A stretch of DNA of 64,000 bases, taken from an uncultured delta proteobacterium. GTDB lineage: Bacteria; Desulfobacterota; Binatia; UBA9968. Of the stretch, positions 28,572-38,360 are shown in pieces. The notes under the pieces were generated by a model that was not told where the DNA came from, made no database searches, and worked only from the letters and a program-made list of their open reading frames with translations. Every line of letters begins with the position of its first letter. The first letter of the stretch is position 1. Location of the stretch: positions 480,001 through 544,000 of the forward strand of contig CAWFJP010000030.1 of NCBI GenBank assembly GCA_963816145.1, written 5' to 3'. The translations under genes and the position numbers were made by a program.

Positions 28572-28613
28572 CTGGGTCAACATGTTCATGATCCGGTACG
28601 CAAGAAGAGAATT

Positions 28614-28685
28614 CACCACGAAGGACACGAAGGCTTCGGACAATTGTTGTTTCCAACTTCGTGTTCTTCGTGTCCTTCGTGGTGC
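28614..28685. repeat. CACCACGAAG palindromic repeat
   Basis: caccacgaaggacacgaagg..cttcgtgttcttcgtgtccttcgtggtg. Confidence 0.85.
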
Positions 28686-28731
28686 AAAACACTCTTGGGC
28701 AATTTCACACGGTATATTTTAGGAGGCAACC

Positions 28732-29106
28732 ATGGCTCAGGATGCGAAAGACGCCTTCGAGAAAACTTCGTTGGGCGCGCAGAACAAGGCCTACGACCTG
28801 ATCGCGCAAATGGATCCGGAGTATTTCGAGAAACTCAAAGGCCTTTATGTCGACGGCACCTTCGGCCGCGACGGCGCGCTGCCGCGCAAGACCAAGGAGT
28901 TGATCATGGTCGGCATCTGCTGCGCACTCAACCGCCCGCGCGGCGTCAAACTGCACAGCGAAAGAGCACTGACGTTGGGCGCCGCTCCGCGCGAAGTCTT
29001 GGAAGCCGTCGAAGTCGCCGCCATCCCCGGCGGCATGCCCGGCCTCTGGCTCGGCGTCGAAACCTTGAACGAGATTCTCAAAGCCAAAGGCATCGAGTTC
29101 AAGTGA
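28732..29106 (+). CDS. Carboxymuconolactone decarboxylase/AhpD-like protein
   Basis: GALPRKTKELI..H..RAL..GA..E..EA..GGMP; AGGAGG RBS. Confidence 0.8.
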   Translation: MAQDAKDAFEKTSLGAQNKAYDLIAQMDPEYFEKLKGLYVDGTFGRDGALPRKTKELIMVGICCALNRPRGVKLHSERALTLGAAPREVLEAVEVAAIPGGMPGLWLGVETLNEILKAKGIEFK

Positions 29107-29120
29107 TGGCGTCGTTTCTT

Positions 29121-29206
29121 TGCAGGAGCGACCGGCCGGTCGCCCTTTCGATTTGAACGGCTTGAACGGACCCCGGCGAAAGCCGGGGGATTGAACGACT
29201 TGAACG
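29121..29206. repeat. GTAG-like REP plus TTGAAC 9-mer array
   Basis: gcaggagcgaccggccggtcgccct; ttgaacggcttgaacgg[ccccggcgaaagccgggg]ttgaacgacttgaacg. Confidence 0.7.
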
Positions 29207-29221
29207 AGTTCTATTATTACC

Positions 29222-30424
29222 ATGAGCGATGCGAATAAAGGTCCCCTCGCCGGCATCCGAGTCCTCGACTTGACCCGCGTCCTCGCCGGCCCTTATTGCA
29301 CCATGTTCTTGGGCGATCTTGGCGCTGAGGTCGTGAAAGTCGAGCAGCCTGGAGTCGGCGACGATACCCGCGGCTGGGGCCCACCCTTCGCCGGTGGCGA
29401 GAGCGCGTACTTTCTTTGCACCAACCGCAACAAGAAAAGCCTCACCGCCGACTTCAAGTCAGCCGACGGTATCGCGCTTGTCCGTAAGCTCGCCGAGCGC
29501 GCCGATGTATTGATCGAAAATTTTCGTCCCGGCGCCATGGATCGTATGGGCCTCGGCGAGAAAGAGTTGCACGAAAAAAATCCGCGTCTTGTCTACGCAT
29601 CACTTTCGGGATTCGGCGCCGATGGGCCAATGGCGGACATGCCCGGCTATGACCTGATCGTGCAAGCCTGGGGCGGCTTGATGAGCGTCACCGGCACTGC
29701 CGAGAGCGGTCCGCTCAAAGTCGGCGTCGCGATCATCGATCTGGTCGCCGGCTTGATGCTCGGCAAATCCATCGTCGCCGCGCTCTATGCCCGAGAGAAA
29801 ATCGGCGTCGGCCAAAAGATCGACACTTCGCTGCTCGAAGCCGAAGTCGCCGCGCTGATCAATGCCGGCAGCAACTATTTGGTCGGCGGCAAAGTTCCCG
29901 GCCGTTGGGGCAACGCCCATCCGACCATTGTGCCGTACCAAAGCTTTCAGACCGCCGACAGTTTTTTGGTGCTGGGCGCAGCCAGCGAAGCGATCTGGAA
30001 GCGCCTTTGCCCGGCGCTCGGACGCGGGGAGCTCGCCGACGATCCACGCTTCGCCAAAAACGCCGACCGCGTCGAGCATCGGCAAGAACTGATCGCCCTG
30101 CTCGCGGCGATATTTCTCAGCCGCACCACGACCGAATGGGTCGCCGCGCTCATCGAAGCCGACGTCCCTTGCGCGCCGGTGCAAACCATCGATCAAGTTT
30201 TTGCCGCGCCGCAGGTGCTGCACCGTGACATGCTGGTGGAGATCGATCATCCCACCGCGGGCACGGTGAGGTTAGCCGGCATCCCGGTAAAATTCTCCGC
30301 TACACCGGCATCGGTGCGCCTGCCCCCGCCGCTGCTCGGCCAGCACTCCGAGGATGTCTTGTCATCCTGGTTGGGAATGAGTATCGAAGAGATCGAGCAA
30401 TTAAAGCGAAAGAGCGTCCTATGA
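29222..30424 (+). CDS. CaiB/BaiF class III CoA-transferase
   Basis: PLAGIRVLDLTRVLAGP, NRNKKS, ENFRPG, PPLLGQH. Confidence 0.9.
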   Translation: MSDANKGPLAGIRVLDLTRVLAGPYCTMFLGDLGAEVVKVEQPGVGDDTRGWGPPFAGGESAYFLCTNRNKKSLTADFKSADGIALVRKLAERADVLIENFRPGAMDRMGLGEKELHEKNPRLVYASLSGFGADGPMADMPGYDLIVQAWGGLMSVTGTAESGPLKVGVAIIDLVAGLMLGKSIVAALYAREKIGVGQKIDTSLLEAEVAALINAGSNYLVGGKVPGRWGNAHPTIVPYQSFQTADSFLVLGAASEAIWKRLCPALGRGELADDPRFAKNADRVEHRQELIALLAAIFLSRTTTEWVAALIEADVPCAPVQTIDQVFAAPQVLHRDMLVEIDHPTAGTVRLAGIPVKFSATPASVRLPPPLLGQHSEDVLSSWLGMSIEEIEQLKRKSVL

Positions 30425-30906
30425 ACGGTAAAACCTTTGAAGATTTCCACGCCGGCGAGCGCTACAGCACCGGCCGGCGCACCATCACCGAGCACGACAT
30501 TTTGACCTTTGTGAATCTCGTCGGGCTCACCGAACCGCTGTTTTTGGATATGGAATACATTCGCAACGATAGTTTGTATGGTGAGCGTATCGCGCCGGGC
30601 AGTCTCACTTTCGGCATGGCCGAGGGACTGACTGTGCAGACCGGTTTGATTCACGGCACCGGCATGGCGTTCGCCGGACTCGATAAAATGCGCTTGTTCG
30701 GCCCGGTCAAAGTCAACGACACCATCCAAGTGGAGATCGAAGTGCTCGATAGCAAACCCGTGCCCGCCCGCGGCGGCGGCATCGTCCGCTACCGTCATTG
30801 GGTCAAGAATCAACGCGGTGAAACCATCATGGAGTACGATGTTGCGCGGCTGATCCGCGGCAGGGAGGACAGCGGAAATCAGAAGTCAGAAGTCGGCGGT
30901 CAGTAG
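30421..30906 (+). CDS. MaoC-like dehydratase
   Basis: FEDF..G..RTITE.D, GERIAPG, F.GPV..NDT. Confidence 0.85.
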   Translation: MNGKTFEDFHAGERYSTGRRTITEHDILTFVNLVGLTEPLFLDMEYIRNDSLYGERIAPGSLTFGMAEGLTVQTGLIHGTGMAFAGLDKMRLFGPVKVNDTIQVEIEVLDSKPVPARGGGIVRYRHWVKNQRGETIMEYDVARLIRGREDSGNQKSEVGGQ

Positions 30907-30955
30907 CCGGAATTCAGAAGGTCCGAGACTTCTGACTTCTGACTTCTGATTTCTG
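30879..30955. repeat. Inverted TCAGAAG/CTTCTGA heptamer arrays
   Basis: tcagaagtcagaagtc ... gacttctgacttctgacttctgatttctg; overlaps MaoC 3' end. Confidence 0.8.
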
Positions 30956-30998
30956 GCCAACCGCTAGCAACGCAAAAACCTTAGCAAGCGAGAATAAG

Positions 30999-31958
30999 AT
31001 GACTACAGCAAAAATAAACTTCGGCGTGCTATTGCCCACCCGTGAAGCGATCATGTCGGCACGCGCCGATCCGTCGGGCCTGTACCGGATCGCCGAGCGC
31101 GCCGAGGCGTTGGGCTTTCACTCTGTGTGGGTCGGTGATAGTTTGACCGCCCGGCCGCGCATTGATGCGCTGACGACTCTCGCTGCCATCGGCGCGCGCA
31201 CCCAGCGCGTGCGCTTGGGCACGGCGATATTTCTCGCCGCCTTGCGACACCCGATCCTACTCGCCTATCAGCTCGCCAGCCTCGACTGGATAACCGGCGG
31301 TCGTGTTGATCTAGGCGTCGGCTACGGCCGGCCCAAGGAGCCGGCGGCGGAGCATGAATTCGAAATATTAGGCCTCGATCCCAGCGCGCGCATGAAGATG
31401 AGCGAAGAGCTGGTCCAAGTGATGCGCCGTCTCTGGCGCGAGAACGACGTTAGCCATGACGGCAAGTTCAGCCGCTTCGAGCATGTGACCATCGAGCCCA
31501 AACCGATTCAGCCCGGTGGCGTGCCGATCTGGCTGGCGTCGAATAATGTCGAGCCCGGTTTGAAGCGCGTCGCGCGGCTCGCCGACGCCTGGATCAACAA
31601 CATCAAAAGCCCGGATTTATTCGGCGAGTGTTGGCAGAAGATTCAAGACTACGCCGCTGCCGCCGGCCGCAAACCCGAATCGATCCAATCAGGAATTTAT
31701 TTCACCCTAGCGGCAGGCGGCAAAGAGGCGGTGATCGAGGGGCAACAGTTCTTGGCGCAATACTATAATCGGTCGTATGAAGCGGTGGCCAACGCCATGC
31801 TCTGCGTGACCGGTTCCTGGGACGAAGTGATCGATTGGACCGAGAAATATATCGAGGCCGGCGCCCGCACCGTAGTCCTACGCTTCGCCGCCAACGACCA
31901 ACTCCGCACTCTCGAAACCTGCGCCGAAACGCTCCATCGCCGCGGTCTGCTCGGATGA
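30999..31958 (+). CDS. LLM-class flavin/F420 oxidoreductase
   Basis: GFHSVWVGD, RVRLGTA, GRVDLGVG, PKP.Q.GGVPIW. Confidence 0.85.
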   Translation: MTTAKINFGVLLPTREAIMSARADPSGLYRIAERAEALGFHSVWVGDSLTARPRIDALTTLAAIGARTQRVRLGTAIFLAALRHPILLAYQLASLDWITGGRVDLGVGYGRPKEPAAEHEFEILGLDPSARMKMSEELVQVMRRLWRENDVSHDGKFSRFEHVTIEPKPIQPGGVPIWLASNNVEPGLKRVARLADAWINNIKSPDLFGECWQKIQDYAAAAGRKPESIQSGIYFTLAAGGKEAVIEGQQFLAQYYNRSYEAVANAMLCVTGSWDEVIDWTEKYIEAGARTVVLRFAANDQLRTLETCAETLHRRGLLG

Positions 31959-31993
31959 TTGGAACCACTGGAACGATTGGAACCTTTGGAACC
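31958..31993 (+). repeat. TGGAAC 9-mer array
   Basis: attggaaccactggaacgattggaacctttggaacc. Confidence 0.8.
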
Positions 31994-32012
31994 ACGCGCC
32001 GCGCGATTTTTG

Positions 32013-33056
32013 TCAGTCCGGAATCTCCAGCACAACTTTGCCGAACTGCTGCGCTGCTTCGAGATAGCGCTGCGCCGCCGCGGCTTCGGCGAGCGGAAAG
32101 ACCCTGTCGATGATCGGTTTGATCTTGCTCGCATTGAGAAAGCTGATGAGCTGAAAGAACTCCCGGCGGCTTCCCAAGGTCGAACCGTAGATCTTTAACT
32201 GTTTGTTAACGATCGCCGCGATATCGTCCTGGGGCTGGCCGCCCGCCGTGGCGCCGCAGGTCACCAAACGGCCGCCGCGGGCGAGCGACGCGAGACTCTG
32301 CCGCCAAACCTCGCCACCGACGCAATCAAGCACAACATCGACACCGCGTTTGTCGGTCAGCGATTGAACCGCCGCGGCAAAATTTTCTCCCTGATGATTG
32401 ACGCCATAGTCGGCGCCGAGTTCCTTCGCCCGGTCGAGCTTGGCATCGCTGCCTGAGGTGACGATTACTCGCGCGCCGATTTGTTTGGCGACCTGCAATG
32501 CCGCACTCGCCACGCCGCCGCCGATGCCGATAATTAGCATCGTCTCGCCCGGCTGGAGCGCGGCATTGGTGATCACCATGCGCCACACCGTGACGAACAC
32601 CAACGGGAATGCTGCGGCTTGGTGAAATGAATAATCGGCGGGGATCGGAAAACAGTTTTGCGCCGGCAGCTTCACATACTGGGCGTAAGTTCCTTCCAAC
32701 CGCTCGCCCAGCACACGCAGCCGGATACACATGAAATCCCGTTCGGTACGGCAAAATTCACACTGCCCACAGCCGGTCGGAGGATAGAGACAAACAGCGT
32801 CGCCCACCTTGACGTTTTCAACCTTAGCGCCGGCCTCGGCCACCACCCCGGCACCGTCGGCGCCGAGAATATGCGGCATCGCCACGACCATGCCGGTGGC
32901 GCCTATACGGTTCCAGATATCGATGTGATTAACCGATGCCGCTTTGAGTTTGACGATGACTTCGTCGGGCTCGGTGATTTTCGGCGGCTCGCAGCTTTCG
33001 TAGAAGAGTTGCTCCGTGCCGCCGTACCCATGCATGCGAACTGCTTTCAATTCCAC
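32013..33056 (-). CDS. Zinc-binding dehydrogenase / quinone oxidoreductase (MDR)
   Basis: SVNHID, PHILGADGAG, CxxCxxC, GIGGGV, FGKVVL. Confidence 0.85.
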   Translation of the reverse strand: MELKAVRMHGYGGTEQLFYESCEPPKITEPDEVIVKLKAASVNHIDIWNRIGATGMVVAMPHILGADGAGVVAEAGAKVENVKVGDAVCLYPPTGCGQCEFCRTERDFMCIRLRVLGERLEGTYAQYVKLPAQNCFPIPADYSFHQAAAFPLVFVTVWRMVITNAALQPGETMLIIGIGGGVASAALQVAKQIGARVIVTSGSDAKLDRAKELGADYGVNHQGENFAAAVQSLTDKRGVDVVLDCVGGEVWRQSLASLARGGRLVTCGATAGGQPQDDIAAIVNKQLKIYGSTLGSRREFFQLISFLNASKIKPIIDRVFPLAEAAAAQRYLEAAQQFGKVVLEIPD

Positions 33057-33210
33057 TCTCCAAAGACATCATTGGTTAACAAGGCGAAACTTTGAAGTCA
33101 ATTTGATTGTCGAAAAACCGGCGCTATATCCACAGTTAAAGCGACAGCAGATGCACGGCCAGCTTGGTGCAATCGAAACGAACTTGAGATCTGCGAGATT
33201 TTTTGAGGAA

Positions 33211-33320
33211 GGGTGTCCCCTTGTCGGGGACACCCTGGGGGTGATACCGCAAACGTGAACCGAGGAGGGAGTCCACGCCTGCGCCTGGGAACACCGGTTG
33301 CCGGCCAGAGCCGGCGAGAT
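33211..33320 (-). ncRNA. Candidate structured 3'UTR / small RNA with C-rich loop
   Basis: Minus strand GCAGGCGUGGA-CUCCCUCCUCGG-UUCACGUUUGC (11-bp stem), then perfect GGGUGUCCCC-GACAA-GGGGACACCC hairpin. Confidence 0.4.
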
Positions 33321-33326
33321 CGAAAA

Positions 33327-33536
33327 CTAGCGCATTCGATTCATTGCGTACTGAAGCTTCTTGAGTTCGCTTTCAAGGAACATGTCTTTTAGTTGATGGC
33401 GGTCCATATGGGCTTCGAGCAATTCCGCCGGGAACATCTTCGCGCCGCAGCGGTGACAAACCGCCGCCCTGAAGGTCGCGTTCTCGTAGTGAATATCGTA
33501 AACTTCACTGACTTCGTTGGTGACCACAGCTTCCAT
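33327..33536 (-). CDS. 69-aa protein with C2H2 zinc-finger spacing and C-terminal amphipathic helix
   Basis: CHRCGAKMFPAELLEAHMDRH = C-x2-C-x12-H-x3-H; GAGAGGGA RBS before ATG at 33536. Confidence 0.7.
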   Translation of the reverse strand: MEAVVTNEVSEVYDIHYENATFRAAVCHRCGAKMFPAELLEAHMDRHQLKDMFLESELKKLQYAMNRMR

Positions 33537-33580
33537 GTTGTCCCTCTCTGTCATAAAATTACAGCTCGATTCCTCTGTGG

Positions 33581-33596
33581 AGCAATCGATATGCCA
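33581..33596 (-). promoter_or_regulatory. Sigma54 (-24/-12) promoter
   Basis: TGGCAT-ATCGA-TTGCT, exact GG-N10-GC spacing, ~45 nt upstream of ATG. Confidence 0.65.
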
Positions 33597-33756
33597 TCTG
33601 GTTGCGCTGCCAGTGACTGCGGCAAGTCGTTGAATTTCCATCAATTTGCGATACCGTGTCGAGGACGACCCGGTACAGAATAGGACACAAAAGATGAACG
33701 CGGAGGGAATTGTCTAACATTTTTGTTCTGCGTTACCTTCCCGAGAGTAAGCCGCC

Positions 33757-34890
33757 ATGACTGAGCTAGCCGCGACGAGCGCCGCCATTTTGTTCACCGA
33801 GCAGAAAACCCCAACCGGCACCATCGGACTGATCGAGCTCAATAATCACCGGGCACTCAATGCCCTGACCCTGGAGATGTTCCAAGCCGTGGAACTGAAA
33901 CTGTTGGAATGGCGCCAACACAGCGACATCGTCTGCGTGATATTGCACGCGGCATCGGAGAAGTCTTTTTGTGCCGGCGGCGATGTCAAAGCCCTGGTGA
34001 CGCAACTGAACGCCAGTGCCGGCATCGAAGTCGCCGCCAATTTCTTCGCGCACGAATATTTCGTCGATTATCTAATTCACTGTTATCCGAAACCGCTGCT
34101 TTGTTGGGCCGACGGCATCACCATGGGCGGCGGCATCGGCGTCATGAACGGCGCCGCTTGCCGCGTCGTCACCGAGCGCACACAGATGGCCATGCCCGAG
34201 ATCGCTATCGGCTTGTACCCCGATGTCGGCGGCAGTTATTTCTTGAATCGCATGCCGGAGGGCGTGGGCATGTTCTTGGGGCTCACCTCGGCGCGCTTCG
34301 ACGGCACCGACGCCGTCAGCATCGGCATGGCGGATGTGCTCATCCGCGCCGAGCGCAAGCGCGCGGTTTTCGACGGCCTGGCAGAGTTGCTATGGACCAC
34401 GGACATGGCAAAGGACCGAGAACTTCTGCGCCGCTATTTGGTTTCATACGCGGAGTACATTGAACTGGGTCAATCCACGGTCATGAAACACCAATCCACC
34501 ATTGCTGCGTTGGCCGTCCAGCCAAACATCGCCGCCATCGACGTCGCCATGCGCCAGTGGCGGGGTGACGACGAATGGCTGAACAACGCCGTACATGGTT
34601 ATCTCGCGGGTTCACCGACCTCGGCGCGCGCAATCTTCGAACAGATCACCGGCGGCCGCGGATTATCGCTGAAAGAAGTCTTTCTGCGCGAATGGGACAT
34701 GTCTCTCAACTTCTGCGCCAAATCCGATTTCCGCGAAGGCGTGCGCGCGCGTTTGATCGACAAGGATCAACAACCGCGCTGGAATCCGCCGACACTCGCC
34801 GCTGTGGAGGATAAGGAAATCGCCCGTCTCTTCTCCAAACAGCACGGCCAGCCGGACCGCTTGCGCGAGAAGTTCGATAGATTACTCTAA
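33757..34890 (+). CDS. Enoyl-CoA hydratase / 3-hydroxyisobutyryl-CoA hydrolase family
   Basis: [41 protein letters not shown]. Confidence 0.9.
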   Translation: MTELAATSAAILFTEQKTPTGTIGLIELNNHRALNALTLEMFQAVELKLLEWRQHSDIVCVILHAASEKSFCAGGDVKALVTQLNASAGIEVAANFFAHEYFVDYLIHCYPKPLLCWADGITMGGGIGVMNGAACRVVTERTQMAMPEIAIGLYPDVGGSYFLNRMPEGVGMFLGLTSARFDGTDAVSIGMADVLIRAERKRAVFDGLAELLWTTDMAKDRELLRRYLVSYAEYIELGQSTVMKHQSTIAALAVQPNIAAIDVAMRQWRGDDEWLNNAVHGYLAGSPTSARAIFEQITGGRGLSLKEVFLREWDMSLNFCAKSDFREGVRARLIDKDQQPRWNPPTLAAVEDKEIARLFSKQHGQPDRLREKFDRLL

Positions 34891-35009
34891 AAAAATTCTA
34901 TTACCGCAATCCGGTTTCTGACCTTGAACCATTGAACTTTTGAACCTTGAACGGGCATTCCGATGCCCGCTTGACATCAGCAATCCGTTCGCGCAATGGA
35001 TAAAGCACT

Positions 35010-35984
35010 ATGAGCGCAAGTGAAGTGATAAAAGTCGAATTTCCGGTGATGCGCTACGACATCACCATGCCGCTGCTCGAAGGCCGCGTGCCCATCGAGG
35101 GCGTCGTCCTAAAACCAGTCAAATCGTCGTCGATGATCAACAAAGAAGATCCGAAGCTCAAAGCCGGCGACTTCGGTCTGATGGATTTGAACATCGGCTA
35201 CTTCCTGCCGGCCATTGAAGCGGGCTGGGAAATCATCGGCTTGCCGGTTTTTTCCAAGCGCAAACCGGCCTACCAATTGATCTTCTGCCACGTCGACGCC
35301 GGTATTCGCTCACCCAAAGATCTCGCCGGCAAGCGCATCGGCTCGCGCACCTATCGCACGGCGTTGACCGTGTGGGCGCGCGGCCTGTTGCGCGAACGCT
35401 ATGGGGTAGACTTTGCCAATGTCACCTGGGTGCTCCAAGCCAAAGAACTCTTTCCGGTTCACGACGCCAAGCTGAAAATTGATTATGTCGACGAAACCAA
35501 GAACATGGCGCAGCGCCTGATCGCCGGCGAACTCGACGCGATGATCACCGACATTTCGGACACGAAAATGTTCGAGAGTCTGGAACATCATCCAAAGATC
35601 AAACGTCTCTTCCCCGACTACGTCCAGGAAGATCTCGATCTCTACAACGACACCGGCATCTTCACGCCGGTCCATATGATCGTCATGAGCCGCAAACTCG
35701 ACCGCGAACGACCGGATCTCGCCGGCAAATTTTACGCCGCTTTCGAAAAAGCCAAGGCCTTGGCCTACGACGACACTTTGAGCGACCGCGGCGGCTTTTC
35801 GGTCGTCTACCTGCGCGAGCAACTCAAAGAGCAAATGGCCAAGTGGGGCGACCCGTGGAAATACGGCATCAAAGCCAACCAGACGACCATCGACGCATTC
35901 ATTAAATACAATGTCGAACAAGGCATGATCCGCCAAGCCCCAAGTTATTCGGACATTTTCGCCGCCGGCACCCTGGACACTTGA
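35010..35984 (+). CDS. 4,5-dihydroxyphthalate decarboxylase-like protein (periplasmic-binding-protein fold, no signal peptide)
   Basis: YD..PLLEGRV.IEG, LPVF, DLAGKRIG..Y..ALTVW.RG.L, GIF.PVH.IV, DPW.YG..N. Confidence 0.7.
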   Translation: MSASEVIKVEFPVMRYDITMPLLEGRVPIEGVVLKPVKSSSMINKEDPKLKAGDFGLMDLNIGYFLPAIEAGWEIIGLPVFSKRKPAYQLIFCHVDAGIRSPKDLAGKRIGSRTYRTALTVWARGLLRERYGVDFANVTWVLQAKELFPVHDAKLKIDYVDETKNMAQRLIAGELDAMITDISDTKMFESLEHHPKIKRLFPDYVQEDLDLYNDTGIFTPVHMIVMSRKLDRERPDLAGKFYAAFEKAKALAYDDTLSDRGGFSVVYLREQLKEQMAKWGDPWKYGIKANQTTIDAFIKYNVEQGMIRQAPSYSDIFAAGTLDT

Positions 35985-35988
35985 CCGG

Positions 35989-36149
35989 AAAGGATAAAGG
36001 CGGAGGGATGAAGGATGAAAATAGCTGCGGCGAGATCGTAGCGAACATATTGAACAGCTGGGACAGTTGGAACCTTTGGAACATCTGGAACCATTGGAAC
36101 ATCTCGATCGATTGAACCTTTGAACTTTTGAGCCTTGAACCCTTGAACG
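35989..36149 (+). repeat. Mixed AGGATGA 7-mer, TGGAAC 9-mer and TTGAAC 7/8-mer arrays
   Basis: aaggataaagg..ggatgaaggatgaa; ttggaacctttggaacatctggaaccattggaac; ttgaacctttgaacttttgagccttgaacccttgaac. Confidence 0.8.
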
Positions 36150-36168
36150 AATCTTTGAGGAGCGAAGA

Positions 36169-37452
36169 ATGTTATCGCGCGAGGATAATGAATTAATCAC
36201 CCGAACCAACCCCGGCACGCCGATGGGCAATCTCATCCGGCGCTACTGGGTTCCCGCCCTGTTGTCCGAGGAGATTCCGCGCAACGACTGTCCGCCGGCG
36301 CGGGTGAAATTGCTCGGCGAGGAGCTGGTGGCGTTTCGGGACAGCCAAGGCCGCATTGGCCTCGTCGGCGAACACTGCGCCCACCGCGGCACCTCGCTAT
36401 TCTTCGGCCGCAACGAAGAGTGCGGCCTGCGCTGCGTTTATCATGGCTGGAAGTTCGACGTCGACGGCAACGTCTTGGAAACCCCGGCGGAGCCCAGCGG
36501 CAGCGACTTCGCCAAGAAGCTCCATCACACCGCTTATCCAACCCACGAAGCCAACGGCGTCATCTACGCGTACCTTGGCGCAAAAGAGAAAGCGCCGTTG
36601 TTTCCCAATTATGAATGGACCCAGGTGCCGTTGGAATATTCCTACGTCACGAAATGTCTGTTGGAATGCAATTATCTCCAGGGTCTCGAGGGCGAATGCG
36701 ATTCGTCGCATTTGTCGTTTCTGCATCGCAGCTTCACCAACGAGAGCAACCAACCGCTCTACAAGGGCGACCCCACTCCGGCCTATGACACCGAAGATAC
36801 CGACTTTGGCGTGCGCTTGATCGCCACGCGGAATTTCGCGGATCAGCACTATGTCCGCTTCTCGGCGTTCGTCATGCCGGTCTACGGCTGTGTGCCGGCG
36901 GGGCGCAAGACCAACGAGCTTGAGGGCTATGAGATCCACACCTATGTGCCGGCCGACGATACCCACTGCTGGCGTTACGATATCGGCTTTCACCGCGGCC
37001 GCGTCGTCCAGCCGGAAGAAGTGCACCGGCGCAAACAGATCAATCCCGACTACACCAAAGTGCGCAACGCGCGAAATAATTATCTGCAGGATCGGCAGAA
37101 ACAGAGGACGGTGAATTTTACCGGCATCGACGATTTTTTGAATCACGACGGCTGCGCCACCGAAAGCATGGGCGCGATCTTCGATCGCACCAAAGAACAT
37201 CTCGGCGTCAGCGACAAGGCGGTCATCGCCGTGCGCCGATTCCTGCTTACCACCGCCAAGGAGTTGCAGGCCGGCAAAGAACCGCCCCATCTGGTGCGCG
37301 ATCCGGCGCACAACTGGTTCCCGCATATCGATTGCTTCGCCCATCTGGTGCCGCGCCATCTGCCGTGGCAAAAGAAGTTCGACTTCTTGACCGCTACCGC
37401 GCAAAAAGAAAATCCCATGTCCTACGCCGCGCGCAAGAAGGCCGCATCGTAA
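36169..37452 (+). CDS. Rieske non-heme iron oxygenase alpha subunit (phthalate 4,5-dioxygenase-like)
   Basis: MLSREDNELITR, CAHRG..CVYHGW, EGECDSSHLSFLH, HLG.SD. Confidence 0.85.
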   Translation: MLSREDNELITRTNPGTPMGNLIRRYWVPALLSEEIPRNDCPPARVKLLGEELVAFRDSQGRIGLVGEHCAHRGTSLFFGRNEECGLRCVYHGWKFDVDGNVLETPAEPSGSDFAKKLHHTAYPTHEANGVIYAYLGAKEKAPLFPNYEWTQVPLEYSYVTKCLLECNYLQGLEGECDSSHLSFLHRSFTNESNQPLYKGDPTPAYDTEDTDFGVRLIATRNFADQHYVRFSAFVMPVYGCVPAGRKTNELEGYEIHTYVPADDTHCWRYDIGFHRGRVVQPEEVHRRKQINPDYTKVRNARNNYLQDRQKQRTVNFTGIDDFLNHDGCATESMGAIFDRTKEHLGVSDKAVIAVRRFLLTTAKELQAGKEPPHLVRDPAHNWFPHIDCFAHLVPRHLPWQKKFDFLTATAQKENPMSYAARKKAAS

Positions 37453-37484
37453 TAGCCAACTCGATCGACAACTGGGAGTGTTCA

Positions 37485-38234
37485 ATGACAGCAATCAAGA
37501 AAATACCAACTCGCACCCTGATCAAAACGGCCGAAGCAGAACTGCGCATCGCCTGTAAAATCCTCGAGTGGGAGATCGGTGATATTTGGGGCCATGTCGG
37601 CGTGCGCCTGCCCGACAACAAGGGCATCGCGGTGCAAATGTTTCGTCCCGCAGAGGAGAGCAAAAAGGATTGGCTCGTCCATTTCGATTACGGGCTTAGA
37701 AAACTTGCCGGGGTCGGCAACCCGCCGCGGGAATCGGTCATCTACACGGAAATCTTCAAGGCGCGTCCCGATGTCAACGCCGTGGTGCATTGTCACGCGT
37801 CGACCTGCGTCGCCTTGAGTCTTGCCGACACCCCGGTCTCCTGCGTGCATGTGCAATCGGGGCGATTCGGCCGCGGCGTGCCGATCTATCCCCGACCCAT
37901 TTACATCCTGGATGAAGATGAAGGCGCGGACCTGGCGCGCACTCTGGGCGACGCCAAAGGCATGATGATCAAAGGCCACGGCATCGTCGCCGTCGGCGCA
38001 TCCATCGACGAAGCTTGCCTGAACGCAGTCTACATGGAGCGCACGGCGAAAATTATGGCTGACGCGAGGCGCTTCGGCTTCACGGGCGTGCCGGATGATT
38101 TCATCGAGACGCTGGCCGGCAGCAAGGAGAAATTGCTCACGCGCGGCACGCGCATGCACCACTCCTCCGAGTGGAAGTATTACGCCGAAAAAATCAGGCA
38201 GGGCAAAACCTGGACCCGCGGTGGCGGCGCATAG
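37485..38234 (+). CDS. Class II aldolase/adducin family protein
   Basis: GHV.VR, EIFKARPDVNAVVHCH, KGHGIV. Confidence 0.8.
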   Translation: MTAIKKIPTRTLIKTAEAELRIACKILEWEIGDIWGHVGVRLPDNKGIAVQMFRPAEESKKDWLVHFDYGLRKLAGVGNPPRESVIYTEIFKARPDVNAVVHCHASTCVALSLADTPVSCVHVQSGRFGRGVPIYPRPIYILDEDEGADLARTLGDAKGMMIKGHGIVAVGASIDEACLNAVYMERTAKIMADARRFGFTGVPDDFIETLAGSKEKLLTRGTRMHHSSEWKYYAEKIRQGKTWTRGGGA

Positions 38235-38360
38235 GGTTAGGCGAGAGCCTCGGTATCGCCATGAGTTCCAAATCGCATCTGTAACGGATATTTTTAAAGG
38301 GGCGGTCAGGTCATCCGCCCTTGTTGTTACACGCAACCGCTTCATTGTAGGAGAGAGGCC

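Noticed and set aside
36040-36149. GAAC-ending repeats as a CRISPR array
   Set aside because: Period is 7-9 nt with no 25-45 nt unique spacers, and there are no cas genes.
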